In this document: positions 1 to 11,637 of the stretch, one piece after another
Position numbering within the stretch: the stretch's first letter is position 1
Layout: every line of letters begins with the position of its first letter
From: Octopus sinensis
Taxonomy: Eukaryota
Direction: 5' to 3'
DNA length: 64,000 nucleotides
Assembly (NCBI RefSeq): GCF_006345805.1
Contig: NC_043011.1
Coordinates: 19,356,464 to 19,420,463, forward strand
Notes under the pieces: model-generated
Databases searched by the model: none
The model's input: only the letters and a program-made list of their open reading frames with translations
What the model was told of the DNA's origin: nothing
Translations under genes and position numbers: made by a program

Positions 1-154
1 CCCCCATACCTTTGTGAGTTGGTTAGGCAAGCACTATCTGAGAGAGATCTTCTTTAAGTATTAGAAATAGCTGAAGAAATTTCTTTAGCTGCTATTTCTA
101 ATGAGTTCAGTATGTGGCAAAGTAATTTATTTTACTACGCCCTTATATATAATG

Positions 155-197
<43 letters not shown>

Positions 198-432
198 GAA
201 TACTAAATTTCTAAATATCGCAGAGAGATATAAGCTGTTGTGGAACGATAGAGCATTTGTATACTGTCAACTTAACGTGACAGTCCCATGAAGGGAATCA
301 CACATCACCGCTATTTAGCCTTAGGAAGCAGCAACGCTTCCTGTCGGGCTTGACACATTTCTTGTGTCTTTATGTTTACAAAGGGGAGACAAGCACCCCC
401 AACAGTTAAGCCTGCACCCAGATGCATTCTGT
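198..432 (-). mobile_element. Copy of the hammerhead-associated ~250-bp repeat (retrozyme/pLTR-like), ribozyme core degenerate
   Basis: Reverse complement aligns along its length with 52420-52655 and 54460-54635 (e.g. ctgttgggggtgcttgtctcccctt...ggaagcgttgctgcttcc...gggactgtcacg); only cagaatgcatc remains where the core should be. Confidence 0.8.
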
Positions 433-999
433 ATAGTATTCCAATACCAATGTAGAGTACTATGCTTTATTAAAACGCAGCACAAATATCACAAAAGCTG
501 TTACTCAGAGTTTCATGTTCCCGTTTATCGGACAGCTTTGTTTAGAATGGAGCAGTATAAAGTTATATGAAGAAATACAATTATTTTGATAGATACACAT
601 TTGAAAATGATTGGCGTTCGTATAAGCATCGATGTGCGCACATATTTGTTTCTATATATGCGCACTATTTATTCGTATATTTCTATGCGTATCGATATGT
701 GTGTGTATGCGTGTGTTTTTGTATGCTTGTTTGTATTAATTTTATGTGTGAGTTGTTATATGTGCGCGTTTCGCAAGCTGGACGAAGTATCAAACTTTGG
801 TTAGATACTTATACGAACGCCAATCATTTCACTCTCTCTACCTCTATATGTTTCCCCTTTTTCTTTCTTTTTTATTTTCCTTCTTCTCTTTCTCTCCCCA
901 ATTGTTATTTGATTTCTTCCTTTTCTTTCTTTCGCCTGTAGCAACTGATTTGTATAAGCATACACCAGGAGGTTTTGTGCGCGTGCTTGAGTGTGAAAG

Positions 1000-1241
1000 G
1001 TAAGAGAGTCGAGTTTGCTGGACGTTGTTGTAGAGCTGAAAAAGAGGTAATTTTTACTCTTCTCCTCTGGAAGCCATCTACTCGCAATACCAGAGGGCGC
1101 ACACTCTCCTACCCTGATGTAATCTCCAGGGATACAGGCATCCAGCAACAGGACCTCCGTAATGCCATGATGGACCGTGAAGTCTGGCGTAACATAGTAC
1201 ATTCCATTATCTCGACCACGGTCGAACAATGATGATGATGA
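1000..1241 (+). mobile_element. RTE-clade LINE, 3' end of ORF2 and tail
   Basis: Peptide FAGRCCRAEKEVIFTLLLWKP...DTGIQQQDLRNAMMDREVWR resembles RTE ORF2 C-termini; stop followed directly by a (TGA)n tail. Confidence 0.7.
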
Positions 1242-1742
1242 ATGTGCGTGCGTACATGTATACGCATTTGCATATATTTATGTTTTGCCTATATATGTCT
1301 GTATAAGTATGTAGCCATGTACCTACGTCTGTACGTTTAGTGTATATATGTATATTATGTATTGCTTGGTATATGTATGTATTGCTAAATGTATATGTAT
1401 TTTAGCATAAATTTTTAAAACGGATATATGTTTTAATTTATTAATGTATTATTAGTGTTACCGCTAATTACTTTTCCTGGGTGTTTAGGCAATTTTCCTT
1501 CTTCGTATGCTATTTTAAATCTAAGGTTTTCTTCGATTTTAGTAATAATATGATTTTAATCCGCAAATTGTTATTTTATGCAACCGGTTATTGAAAAGAC
1601 GGTTAGTTGAAAGGATCAATGAAACAAAACCATTTTTAAATACGTATATATCAAATTAATTGCATTTCTGCGTATAACATTATCTCGATCCATTCTAATC
1701 AAAACTGTCCGACGAACACGAACGTTAATTCTGGTGTGTATT

Positions 1743-1785
<43 letters not shown>

Positions 1786-1786
<1 letters not shown>

Positions 1787-2060
1787 GGTCCCGGGTTGAT
1801 TCGGGGTTAACCAAGTAAATAAGGTACTCAATACATAGCAGAGTAAAATTAATTTATTATATAGAAGGAGCTTCTACAGGACTAGAACTGTTTCATTCAA
1901 GAGAAATCATCAGAAGCTAGTTAACAAGAATTGTATTGGCATTTATACATTTAGGCAGGTTTAAAGGGGTGGTGGTGGGGGACTTTTTGGGGGTAGGCAT
2001 AGCGCAAAAATATCATACTTGGGGGAGTGGTCAAGGAGTCAGTGGTAAAATAGATAAAAG
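1786..2060 (-). mobile_element. Penelope-like terminal repeat fragment with degenerate hammerhead
   Basis: Minus strand 1913-1880 reads CTGATGA tttctcttgaat GAAAC agttcta GTC, followed by an aataaa-containing tail that ends at a (TA)n tract. Confidence 0.45.
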
Positions 2061-2099
2061 AATAAATAAGAGAATAAATAAAATAAAATAAGAGAATAA

Positions 2100-2456
2100 A
2101 AAAATATAGAAAAATATATAGAAGAATAGAGTTTTAGGTAAATAAGGAGATTCTCACTTATACATATACACATATGTATATATATACACACACACGCGCA
2201 CACATATACATACACACATACATACACACAGACACACATATATATACATATATGTATATATACACATTTATAAATATATATATATATATATACATACATA
2301 AGCACACATATATACACACACACATGTATATATACACACACACGCCCACACATACATATACACACAAAAAATATATACATACACACACCGTACACATACA
2401 CACATACACACACATATCTACATACACACATGCACACACAAGTCCATATATACACT

Positions 2457-2517
<61 letters not shown>

Positions 2518-2923
2518 GTATATACATATGTGTACCTATACATACTACACATACACACATATACATACAAATACAAACCCATTCCCTAATTTAATTTTAT
2601 TATTATCTTCATTTATTACTGTTGTTATCTTTGACCGCGGGTCACAGGCATCTTGGCTACGACAGCAAGTCTATTTATCTTCTACTCGAACAAAGCACTC
2701 ACTCACGCACGCACACTCATTAGCACGCACACTCACTCATTCGACACTCATAAACATACACGCACGCACCCGTTATAGTCATACATACATACATCTACAT
2801 ACATTCACATATATACACATACGTACGCGTACCTTCAGATTCATGTCTACACGCTTAGAAGACTAGTCCATACATATACACCAATAAATATATATACACA
2901 CATACATATACACCTACATACAA

Positions 2924-2972
<49 letters not shown>

Positions 2973-3164
2973 TACGTATATATACATACATATACATACA
3001 CCCATAGATACATACAATATACACATACACCCCCCCTATGTACATATACATACATATATACAAAACTCTACGTACCTACATATACATAAACACACGAGCG
3101 TACACGTATATGTACATATACACATACACATACACACACATATATACATATCTAAATACAACAC

Positions 3165-3234
<70 letters not shown>

Positions 3235-3428
3235 AATATTTGTAAAAAATGAAGTTCGAAAATGCTGCTGTATTATACAATTTTTAATTTTTATATATAC
3301 ATTATAACAGGTTTCAGTTCCTGAATGAACCTTATCAAAAAAAGTTATATATAAAAAGAGACAGCTCATGTCGTCAAACACAAGAAATCATTTATAATAC
3401 ACACACGGAGTCAGACATCTTAGAGTTC

Positions 3429-3476
<48 letters not shown>

Positions 3477-3536
3477 ATATACATATATATATATACTATA
3501 TACATACACATACATACACACACATACACATACACA

Positions 3537-3585
<49 letters not shown>

Positions 3586-3979
3586 CAACAATACATATGC
3601 ACACATACACACACGCACATATATATATATATATACAGGCACACATACATATACATACACACATATACATAAATATATATATATATAATATATATAATAT
3701 ATACATATATACACATGTGTGCAGACATATACATACATATACATATGCACACATACACACACACGCACATATATATATTATATTTATATATTATAATATA
3801 CAGGCACACATACATATACATAACACATATACATACATATATTATATATATACATATATACACATGTGTGCATGCATTAATACATACATACTCATACACA
3901 CACACTCACTTACATACATATATACACACACTTACACAATATATATATATATATATATGTGTACATATACACACACATT

Positions 3980-4032
<53 letters not shown>

Positions 4033-4283
4033 CATATACCCAAACATTACACATACACACATATTACATATATACATACACATTATATACAACACATACA
4101 CTCACACACACACATATATATACATACATACACACACAACATACACACACCACATAATATATATATATATATTATATATATTATATATACTATACATACA
4201 TATACATATGCACACATAACACACACGCACATATATATTATATTACAGGCACACATACATATACATACACACATATACATACA

Positions 4284-4314
<31 letters not shown>

Positions 4315-4375
4315 CATATATACACATGTGTGCATACATATACATACATATACATATGCACACATAACACACACG

Positions 4376-4412
<37 letters not shown>

Positions 4413-4910
4413 ATACAGGCACACATACACTATACATACACACATATACATACATATATATATATATATACATATATACACATGTACATGTGTGCATACA
4501 ACATACATACATACTCATACCACCACTCACTTACACATACATATATACACACACTTACACACATATATATATATATATATATGTGTACATATACCCCCAC
4601 ATTCACACACATATATATCTATATATATATATATATCTATATTTAATATATATATAATATTAATACATATACCACACACTACACATACAACACATATCTA
4701 CATAATATCATACACATTCATATACACATCACATACACTCACACACACACATTATATACATACATACACCCACATACATATATTATACATATATATACAT
4801 ATATATACACATGTGCGTATACATACATACTCATACTCATAATATAATATATATATATATATATTTAATTCATAATTAATCAATATATATATATATATAT
4901 ATATTATATT
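2100..4910. repeat. Compound (TA)n/(CA)n/(TACA)n microsatellite field with higher-order duplications
   Basis: Direct reading; marker tacaggcacacatac recurs near 3634, 3800, 4244 and 4414. Confidence 0.9.
3306..3338 (-). ncRNA. Degenerate type I hammerhead relic (PLE-type)
   Basis: Minus strand TTGATAA GGTTC attcag GAACT GAAAC CT GTT: stem II intact, core mutated from CTGATGA, stem III one change from the ACCGGT palindrome. Confidence 0.4.
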
Positions 4911-4914
4911 ATGT

Positions 4915-5260
4915 ATAATATGTCCAGTAAAGCTGGACTCAAGTGTCATCTTCGTAGACATAAAGCGAGACAGATGAGTGACAACCTGGCCACTGGTGGT
5001 GGTGGTGGTGTAACACACCATACGAATCATATCTGTCCGGCATGTGGAAGAGAGTGTAATTCGGCTGGAGGACTTAAACGACATGCAAAGGTACATGAAG
5101 CGCAGTTACAACTACAGCCGGCTATTACTGGTAAAGATTTTCGTTGCGAATTCTGTACAAGACATTGTAGATCTTTAGACATTCGATCACAGCACCAGTA
5201 ACAGTTAAGCTTCGTGCAATGGCCATACTCGATAACGAGGGAGCAGCCACAAAAAAAAAT
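4915..5260 (+). mobile_element. RTE-like LINE 3' end encoding C2H2 zinc fingers
   Basis: CPACGRECNSAGGLKRHAKVH is a complete C2H2 finger, flanked by partial ones; followed by ggccatactcgataacgagggagcagcc (RTE-type 3' tail) and an A-run. Confidence 0.55.
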
Positions 5261-6230
5261 ATATACATATATATAAAGTTTTTGCATGGTCCAAATGCGA
5301 CGTATGTTAAAAACATATAGTTGGACGAATGTTGCTGTTTTTTCCACCTGTCCTTGACATTAGACGTACAAAGGCAAACTTTGGTTCTTAGATAGTTCGG
5401 CCATTTAGAATTCACTCGCAGAGAAAGCACAGCAGCTTTGACCAAGCACTTCTGCTTTATCATTTTCGAACATTCTTTCTTTGGAGATGTTACTGCCAAT
5501 GTATCGGATCCTGTTACCCATGCCCAGTGATACACATTATAACGTTTTCAGACCGAAATACATGTTTATGTGCATGCCTGAACGCAAAAATTAACGTCAA
5601 CGCTATTTGAAATGTTTACTTTACTTATCAATCTCATGATCAATTCATATGATTTTATTTGCTTTTGTGATGTAAGACATTAAGAAATATTTACTGCATA
5701 GAGTTTACTCTATGTCGGATGTTACGAATAGGCAGAAGAAAAAAACAAAACCTTTCCAAATTTCAGCCCCCACCCCCGTTCACACTTGAAATATTTTTTT
5801 CGTTTACCTTAAACATATCGTAGCGATTTGACGAACATATGCAAATCATAATCAAATATAGACAAATACATTAAAGGTAAAAGAATTTGCGTGTTACTGG
5901 CTTGCCTGAAGTAATAGTAAATAATAATTAAATGTAAATTAAATATACACAATTTTATGAGAAACAAACATTAATACCTTTAATATTTACTGTTATAAAG
6001 TTTAATAAGGGGCTCAAATTTAACCCCTCCCCAATTAATAATTTTGTACTTTTTATCCTTTTATTTGTCTATCTATATATTACTATACGTTTATTCAGAT
6101 ATATCTATCGCCCTATCTCTCTATCTATCTGAACATTTAATGTGGTTTTAGAGTCAAATTTTATCTGCTACTATTTCCAGCGTGGTGATATCGCTTAGAT
6201 ACCCTAAATTATACTTATTATATATATATA

Positions 6231-6279
<49 letters not shown>

Positions 6280-6322
6280 TATATGTATATATATATATAT
6301 GTGTGTGTATATATATATATTA

Positions 6323-6355
<33 letters not shown>

Positions 6356-6677
6356 GTATATATATATACACATTTCTACGTGCATACATACATACATACA
6401 TACATACATACATGTTTACATACATACATCTCTTTATATACAGCATCTATATACTTATTGAGTTTAAGATTGCGAAAACCTGGTTTCTTGCACATTCAGA
6501 ATCCCATCATTGAAAACAGGAAACCGCTGAAAACAGTTGGAAGGGGCTGTTTTGGGGGGCGCGGGGGGGGAGCTGACTGTGCGCCAGGTTCACAGGAGAG
6601 GCGGTGTGATGTGTGAAAAATGTTTACTCTATGGGAAGGATAGGAATTTCATACATACATACACACGCACATATATA

Positions 6678-6707
<30 letters not shown>

Positions 6708-6711
<4 letters not shown>

Positions 6712-7056
6712 ACTACGATGTTAGAGAACACCTACATTAATAGAAATAAGAGCTAAAGCACGCTTTATGCTGTAGTTAACGCAATGAAAACCTACACAAA
6801 CGGGGACCATAATCGTCCGAAATGTGCTGATCAAGAATTCTTAATTCTGACGTGTGAGGTTCGGAATTTCCGTTGTCTCATCAGACAGCTCAACTTTGAC
6901 TTATTCCGGACTCACTTCGCCTGTAGTATTTAAAGTCTCGATCGCCTCTTTTCGGACGATTACGTTGCCTGTTAATGCATGTGTTTTAACTACAGGATTA
7001 GAGCGGTTTAGCCCTAAATTCTAGCAATGTAGGTGCTTCCTACCACCTTAGTCGCA
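6708..7056. mobile_element. Foldback/MITE-like element with ~130-bp imperfect inverted arms
   Basis: taatcgtccgaaa (6810-6822) vs tttcggacgatta (6950-6962); tgtagttaa vs ttaactaca; cacctacatt vs aatgtaggtg, all symmetric about the centre. Confidence 0.7.
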
Positions 7057-7950
7057 TTAATTGACATTTGTAATTCTCCTTTCTAATGAAACAGTGCAAA
7101 CTACTGTTGAACAATTGAGAAATATGCAGTTCCTATACCAAGATTACGAGTTCAGGTTTATATCTGTTATTATTGCAGCACTGGGAAATGTAACATACTG
7201 CCTAATTACCAATCTTGAAAAAGTAGGTTTCTCAAAACCCGAAAGAAAAATCTGATTCGATGAATACAATTTCAAACCATCACCGGTATTGTAAAAATCT
7301 GTAAAACATTCCAGAAATTTAGCTTTTAAGTATTTATGAGCATGTCTATGTATGCAAGTATGTGCAAGAAAATGCATGTATTTAACAAAACACACCAATC
7401 TGCACGTATACATATATACATACAAAAATACCGAGTTGATGTCGTTGAAATTCCAATCAAGGAGCCATGGTTCTAGGTTAGAAAACAGCTCTTACTCTAA
7501 TGACAATAAAACTTGAAATAAATCTGAATAATGGCATAATATAGTTTCATCGACCGCAATAAATCATTGTACGGAAGTCTCATTTTGTCAGAACAATTAA
7601 TGGAAGACCGATTGTCTCGTCTTCTCCGTAGTCAATAGCGTGTACTGTCATCATTCTTTGTCGTGCAGTAAATGGAATTCAATAATAAGTGAGTTCATTA
7701 TGCACCGAGCGTACGGCATTAATTCGAGTCTCAGGAAACCCGCAGGCCTGGACTCATCTGAGAGTTTCTATATCTTAGATTTTGAAAGGAATGATGATGG
7801 GTTTCAATGTCAGCAGCTCACAATTTACATTCAGATCAACAATGGAGATTAAATATCGTGTTTCATGACATCAGAAATTCAGCAACAGGAATTACTGGCT
7901 GGCAACAGTAAAATCATGTAGTGCTATAATGCCAGATTATATATATATAT

Positions 7951-8238
7951 ATCACCGTGACCGACCAGGCTAGCAGATGCTGCTATACATTGCTGGTCAC
8001 AATGCGCTTTGCATTGTTTTAGCCGTCAAATGACGCCACCCCGCCGGCTAAGCGAGCAGGCCAACAGAAGAAAGAGTGAGAGAAATTTGTGGCGAAAGAG
8101 TACAGCAGGGATCACCGCCACCCCCCTGCCTTAGGTGTGTTCGCTCAATAAACACACACAACGCCCGGTCTGGAATGGAAACCACGATCCTACGACCGTA
8201 AGTCTGGTGCCCTAACCACTGGGCCATTGCGCTTCCAC
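7951..8238 (-). mobile_element. tRNA-derived SINE, family A, tail type 1
   Basis: Minus strand head gtggaagcgcaatggcccagtggttagggc...gtttccattccagaccgggcg with A-box and B-box-like motifs; same head as 14331, 57371 and 62349. Confidence 0.85.
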
Positions 8239-8258
8239 ACACACACACACACACACAC

Positions 8259-8290
<32 letters not shown>

Positions 8291-8292
8291 AT

Positions 8293-8338
<46 letters not shown>

Positions 8339-8469
8339 AATATATATACACATACTAGCTAGTGCCAACACGCTACCTTTAAGATAGAGTATTAGAGTAT
8401 TTTACAATCGTATCCCATATTTGTGTAATATATATACACAATTATACATATAGATTGCAGCAATTAAGA

Positions 8470-9691
8470 ATGGCACAGAAAAAGTTTTCGCATCTGATAT
8501 GGAGTAGCTGAAATATTTGCAAACTTCATAGTCCAATAGTATTTACGGTCATCATATGCTAAACCCAGTTTCATTGCAGCATCTTTGTATCAATGCCGAA
8601 CTACATCATTAATAGTCCTTATATCTTCAAATGATGTAGCTCCGGGAGTATGATATAGTATAGCTCTCAGAAAGAATAGCTGTTGTTCCTTTGATGAAAC
8701 AAAGTAGATATGCTCAATTGAGTGTCTATTATGTTCCTGAGATGCCACATTTTCTCACTATTATTCCATTTGTAAAATTGAGGGAAATCAGTATAGTGTA
8801 ATGTACGTGCAAATGAATTGATTGGTGATACCCGGTTGACTCGCATCCAATCAGTAAGAGTGGACTTGTCATGTGTGGATAATATATTCAATATCATCAT
8901 CATCATTATTAATGTAAATATATTGCTGTTGGGGTAAATGAACTGTAAACTGTTAGACAGAAGGATATAAACCGTGTACTTTGAACCCTAAAATCCTCCA
9001 GACTACGTCTTATGAGGATACATAGCGGCCATTGATATAATTTTCAATTTCATCTTCGTCGTGTATTTCGTGCATTAGTTTGTCCTCTAATATTGACTGT
9101 CGTCCGATCATGACCTTTGTGAATATACTTGCTAATATATTTAACTGGTTTTACACGTGCACATATTTCTACATTATAATGAACTCCATATTTAACTAAA
9201 AAGGAGCTGGGAATAGGATACTACTGAGCGATTATATAAACCAACATTAGACTTTGTAACTGTAAAACCAATATTTCAACGTCGGTAAAGTAGGTGGCCA
9301 TTATAAATACGTAACGTACTTTCTCGAAAGGCTTTAGGGAAATGCTTTTTACATTTCCCATCAACCATACATGTTACATCTTCCACATGGACCACGTAGC
9401 ATGCTTTTGGGTGATATAATGAAACAGAATTGGTTGGCGTTTTTGGATTTAGATATTCTGCATAAACAAAATTTATCATAATATTCTGGATCTATTTTTC
9501 AATATGAATAACATATGACAATGGGGTAGTCCACGCTTTTGAAACTCTATAGTCTACATGTACCCTGTAACCTCTCCATCCAAAATTATTCCCCAAAATA
9601 TCATGCAAGTGACCCTAAGGTTCATGTTAAATGCTTTTTCAGTTAAATCTGGTCTGTCAGCTGCTGTCTGCCCTGGATAAAGTTCGTCTAT
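8470..9691 (-). mobile_element. Helitron RepHel pseudogene fragment (Rep domain)
   Basis: Successive minus-strand peptides PGQTAADRPDL, TIEFQKRGLPHCHML (HUH motif), CMVDGKCKKHFPKAF, KYISKYIHKGHD, YINGRYVSS, GATSFEDIRT occur in Helitron order, with many stops and frameshifts. Confidence 0.9.
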
Positions 9692-9737
9692 GATACCGGT
9701 CGAGCAACGACAGTTCTGACATAAATGAAAATAAAAT

Positions 9738-9975
9738 TACGGAGATGTACTTGCAAAGCAAGTGATTTGATCTGAGATCGTGTGCTGAAACAAAAGCAAT
9801 TGCAGCCTGGAGGATGACTGTAAACCATTTAAAAACTAAAAAAAATAAAATAAAATAAAATAAAAAATAAACAAACAAACAAAAACGATAGATTCACTTC
9901 AAAATATAATTTGTGTCAAAGCATTGTTCAAAATGTTCTGAAATGGCTTATTAACATCTTTCACGCTGTAATTTT
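9738..9975 (+). mobile_element. MITE-like non-autonomous DNA transposon (tacggagatgtact family)
   Basis: Head shared with 19485 and 50901; internal subterminal inverted match aattgcagcctggaggatg vs catctttcacgctgtaatt. Confidence 0.6.
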
Positions 9976-10264
9976 CTTTAAAAATTAAATGCGAATGTTA
10001 ATCTAACGGTCTTTGTTCTCCTTGAATGGCTAATAAATATCTTCGAAGCAGCAACTGCTATCTTCGAAGCTGCATTTGCTACATTGTAATGAAACCACAA
10101 CAATCCTTGTGAAAAATAGCAATTCAGGTCCCATGGATGAAATACATATGAGATCAAGATGTTGTCTTATGTATATCGAAAAATTGGGACTAATGCAGAA
10201 TCGCGCCTCTCCTTCAAAAGTGCATTTTTTTGAGAAATTGAACCGCAGGAAATCCATCTCGTGA

Positions 10265-11257
10265 TCCTTCCGGTTGCTTAGGTCATGCAGTTTTGTTATA
10301 TGTGTCTAGAGTTGTTCAGGTGGTGTATTCGTTGTTTTGATAGACCTTTTGTGAAGTTGTTCTTTTGCCGACCATATTTCATTCCAAAGTTCTTCCACTT
10401 TTCCTGCTGTTGGTGCTGCATTGATCTCTATTCTATTTTGCTAAGTTCTTGGTAGAAACCTTTCGGTTTGGAGTTGTGCTGTTTGTTTTGTTCAAAGAAA
10501 CGAGACGTTTCTCATACAGGAGGATTCTTTGTGCTTTCGTGAGGATATCTTGATTTAGGTGTTCTTTTACCTCATGTTTACCTTGTTCTATAATTTTATA
10601 TTTTCGTAGTATTGTTCTTCTCTTCTGGTTGCTTAATAGTGTTAATTGTCAACTAGTTTCATTAAGGATTAGCAAATCCTTTCTCTTATTTTCTGTTTCT
10701 TTCGTGATATTTATCCACAGAACCGTGTGAGTAGTGATAATCATGCCTTGATGGGTTTTAGTGGGTGTGCAGCTTCTTTTGTGGCCACAAAGACTGCTAC
10801 ATATATTATACTATTTGCCCTGGTCATATTGACATTTGTTTCTGTGGCTATTAGTTCTGATGTTTTATTGCCTATTTAGTTTTCGGGAGGTACGATCGGC
10901 GGTGCATACTGAGATCTGTGTCTTTCAATTCTTTCACTATGCTCATTTTTTAGAATCTCATAATCCTTTGTTTCACCTTCACGGTTTCCAGGTTTTAGAT
11001 TTGTTTGGTATTCCTGTCCGTTCATAGTTTTGTCTGTGGTGTTCTGGTTTGATGCATTTTACTTATCATTATATATTCCTAAGACCAGGGTTTGTTGTCT
11101 TTCGTTGTTTACTTCGTTTTTGTTGGACATGTTACGTCTGTTTTCGTGTTTTACAGTCCCAGTGCTTATGATATTATGTGGCATTGCTATGTGGTTGATG
11201 TCTACATTTTCCTGAAGCATGTTTCATTTTAAGTGCTCTATTTATATTTCTGATATT
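10265..11257 (-). mobile_element. Degraded N-terminal (pre-RT) part of an R4/Dong-type RLE LINE
   Basis: Minus-strand peptides TKAQRILLYEKR, KPKGFYQEL, VEELWNEIWSAKE resemble the region upstream of RT in R4/Dong ORFs; many stops. Confidence 0.55.
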
Positions 11258-11260
11258 TAC

Positions 11261-11344
<84 letters not shown>

Positions 11345-11345
11345 C
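11258..11345. repeat. (ATT)n microsatellite
   Basis: Direct reading. Confidence 0.95.
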
Positions 11346-11351
11346 ATTATT

Positions 11352-11589
11352 GTCTGCATGTGTGTGTACGTTTGTGTGCCTGTGTTTGTCCCCCCTTGCA
11401 TCGCTTGACAACCGATGCTGGTGTGTTCACGTCTCCGTAACTTAGCGGTTTAGGAAAAGAGACCGCTATAATAAGTACCAAGTTTACAAAGAATAAGTAC
11501 TGGATTGGTCTTGTTCGACTAAAGGCGGTGCTCCAGCCTGGCCGCAGTCAAGTGATTGAAACGAATAAAATAAAAGAAAGTAAAAGAAT
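11352..11589 (+). mobile_element. SINE family B, 3' half
   Basis: gcttgacaaccgatgctggtgtg...aaggcggtgctccagc...aaaagaaag tail matches the full copy at 40652. Confidence 0.85.
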
Positions 11590-11637
11590 TATTATTACTA
11601 TTTCTATGATTATTGTTATTATTATTATTATTATTAT

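Noticed and set aside
2039-4842. Many long ORFs rich in Y, I, H, T, C, V (also near 16-20, 24-27, 42-44 and 50 kb)
   Set aside because: Translations of TA/CA microsatellites, which lack stop codons in several frames.
6855-6890. Minus-strand CTGATGA-gacaacg-GAAA inside the foldback loop
   Set aside because: No stem II, stem III or stem I pairing; treated as chance.
7560-7900. Minus frame VQACGFPETRINAVRSV...HAIDYGEDETIGLPLIVL, vaguely RT-like or cadherin-like
   Set aside because: No diagnostic motif and several stops; cannot be assigned by eye.
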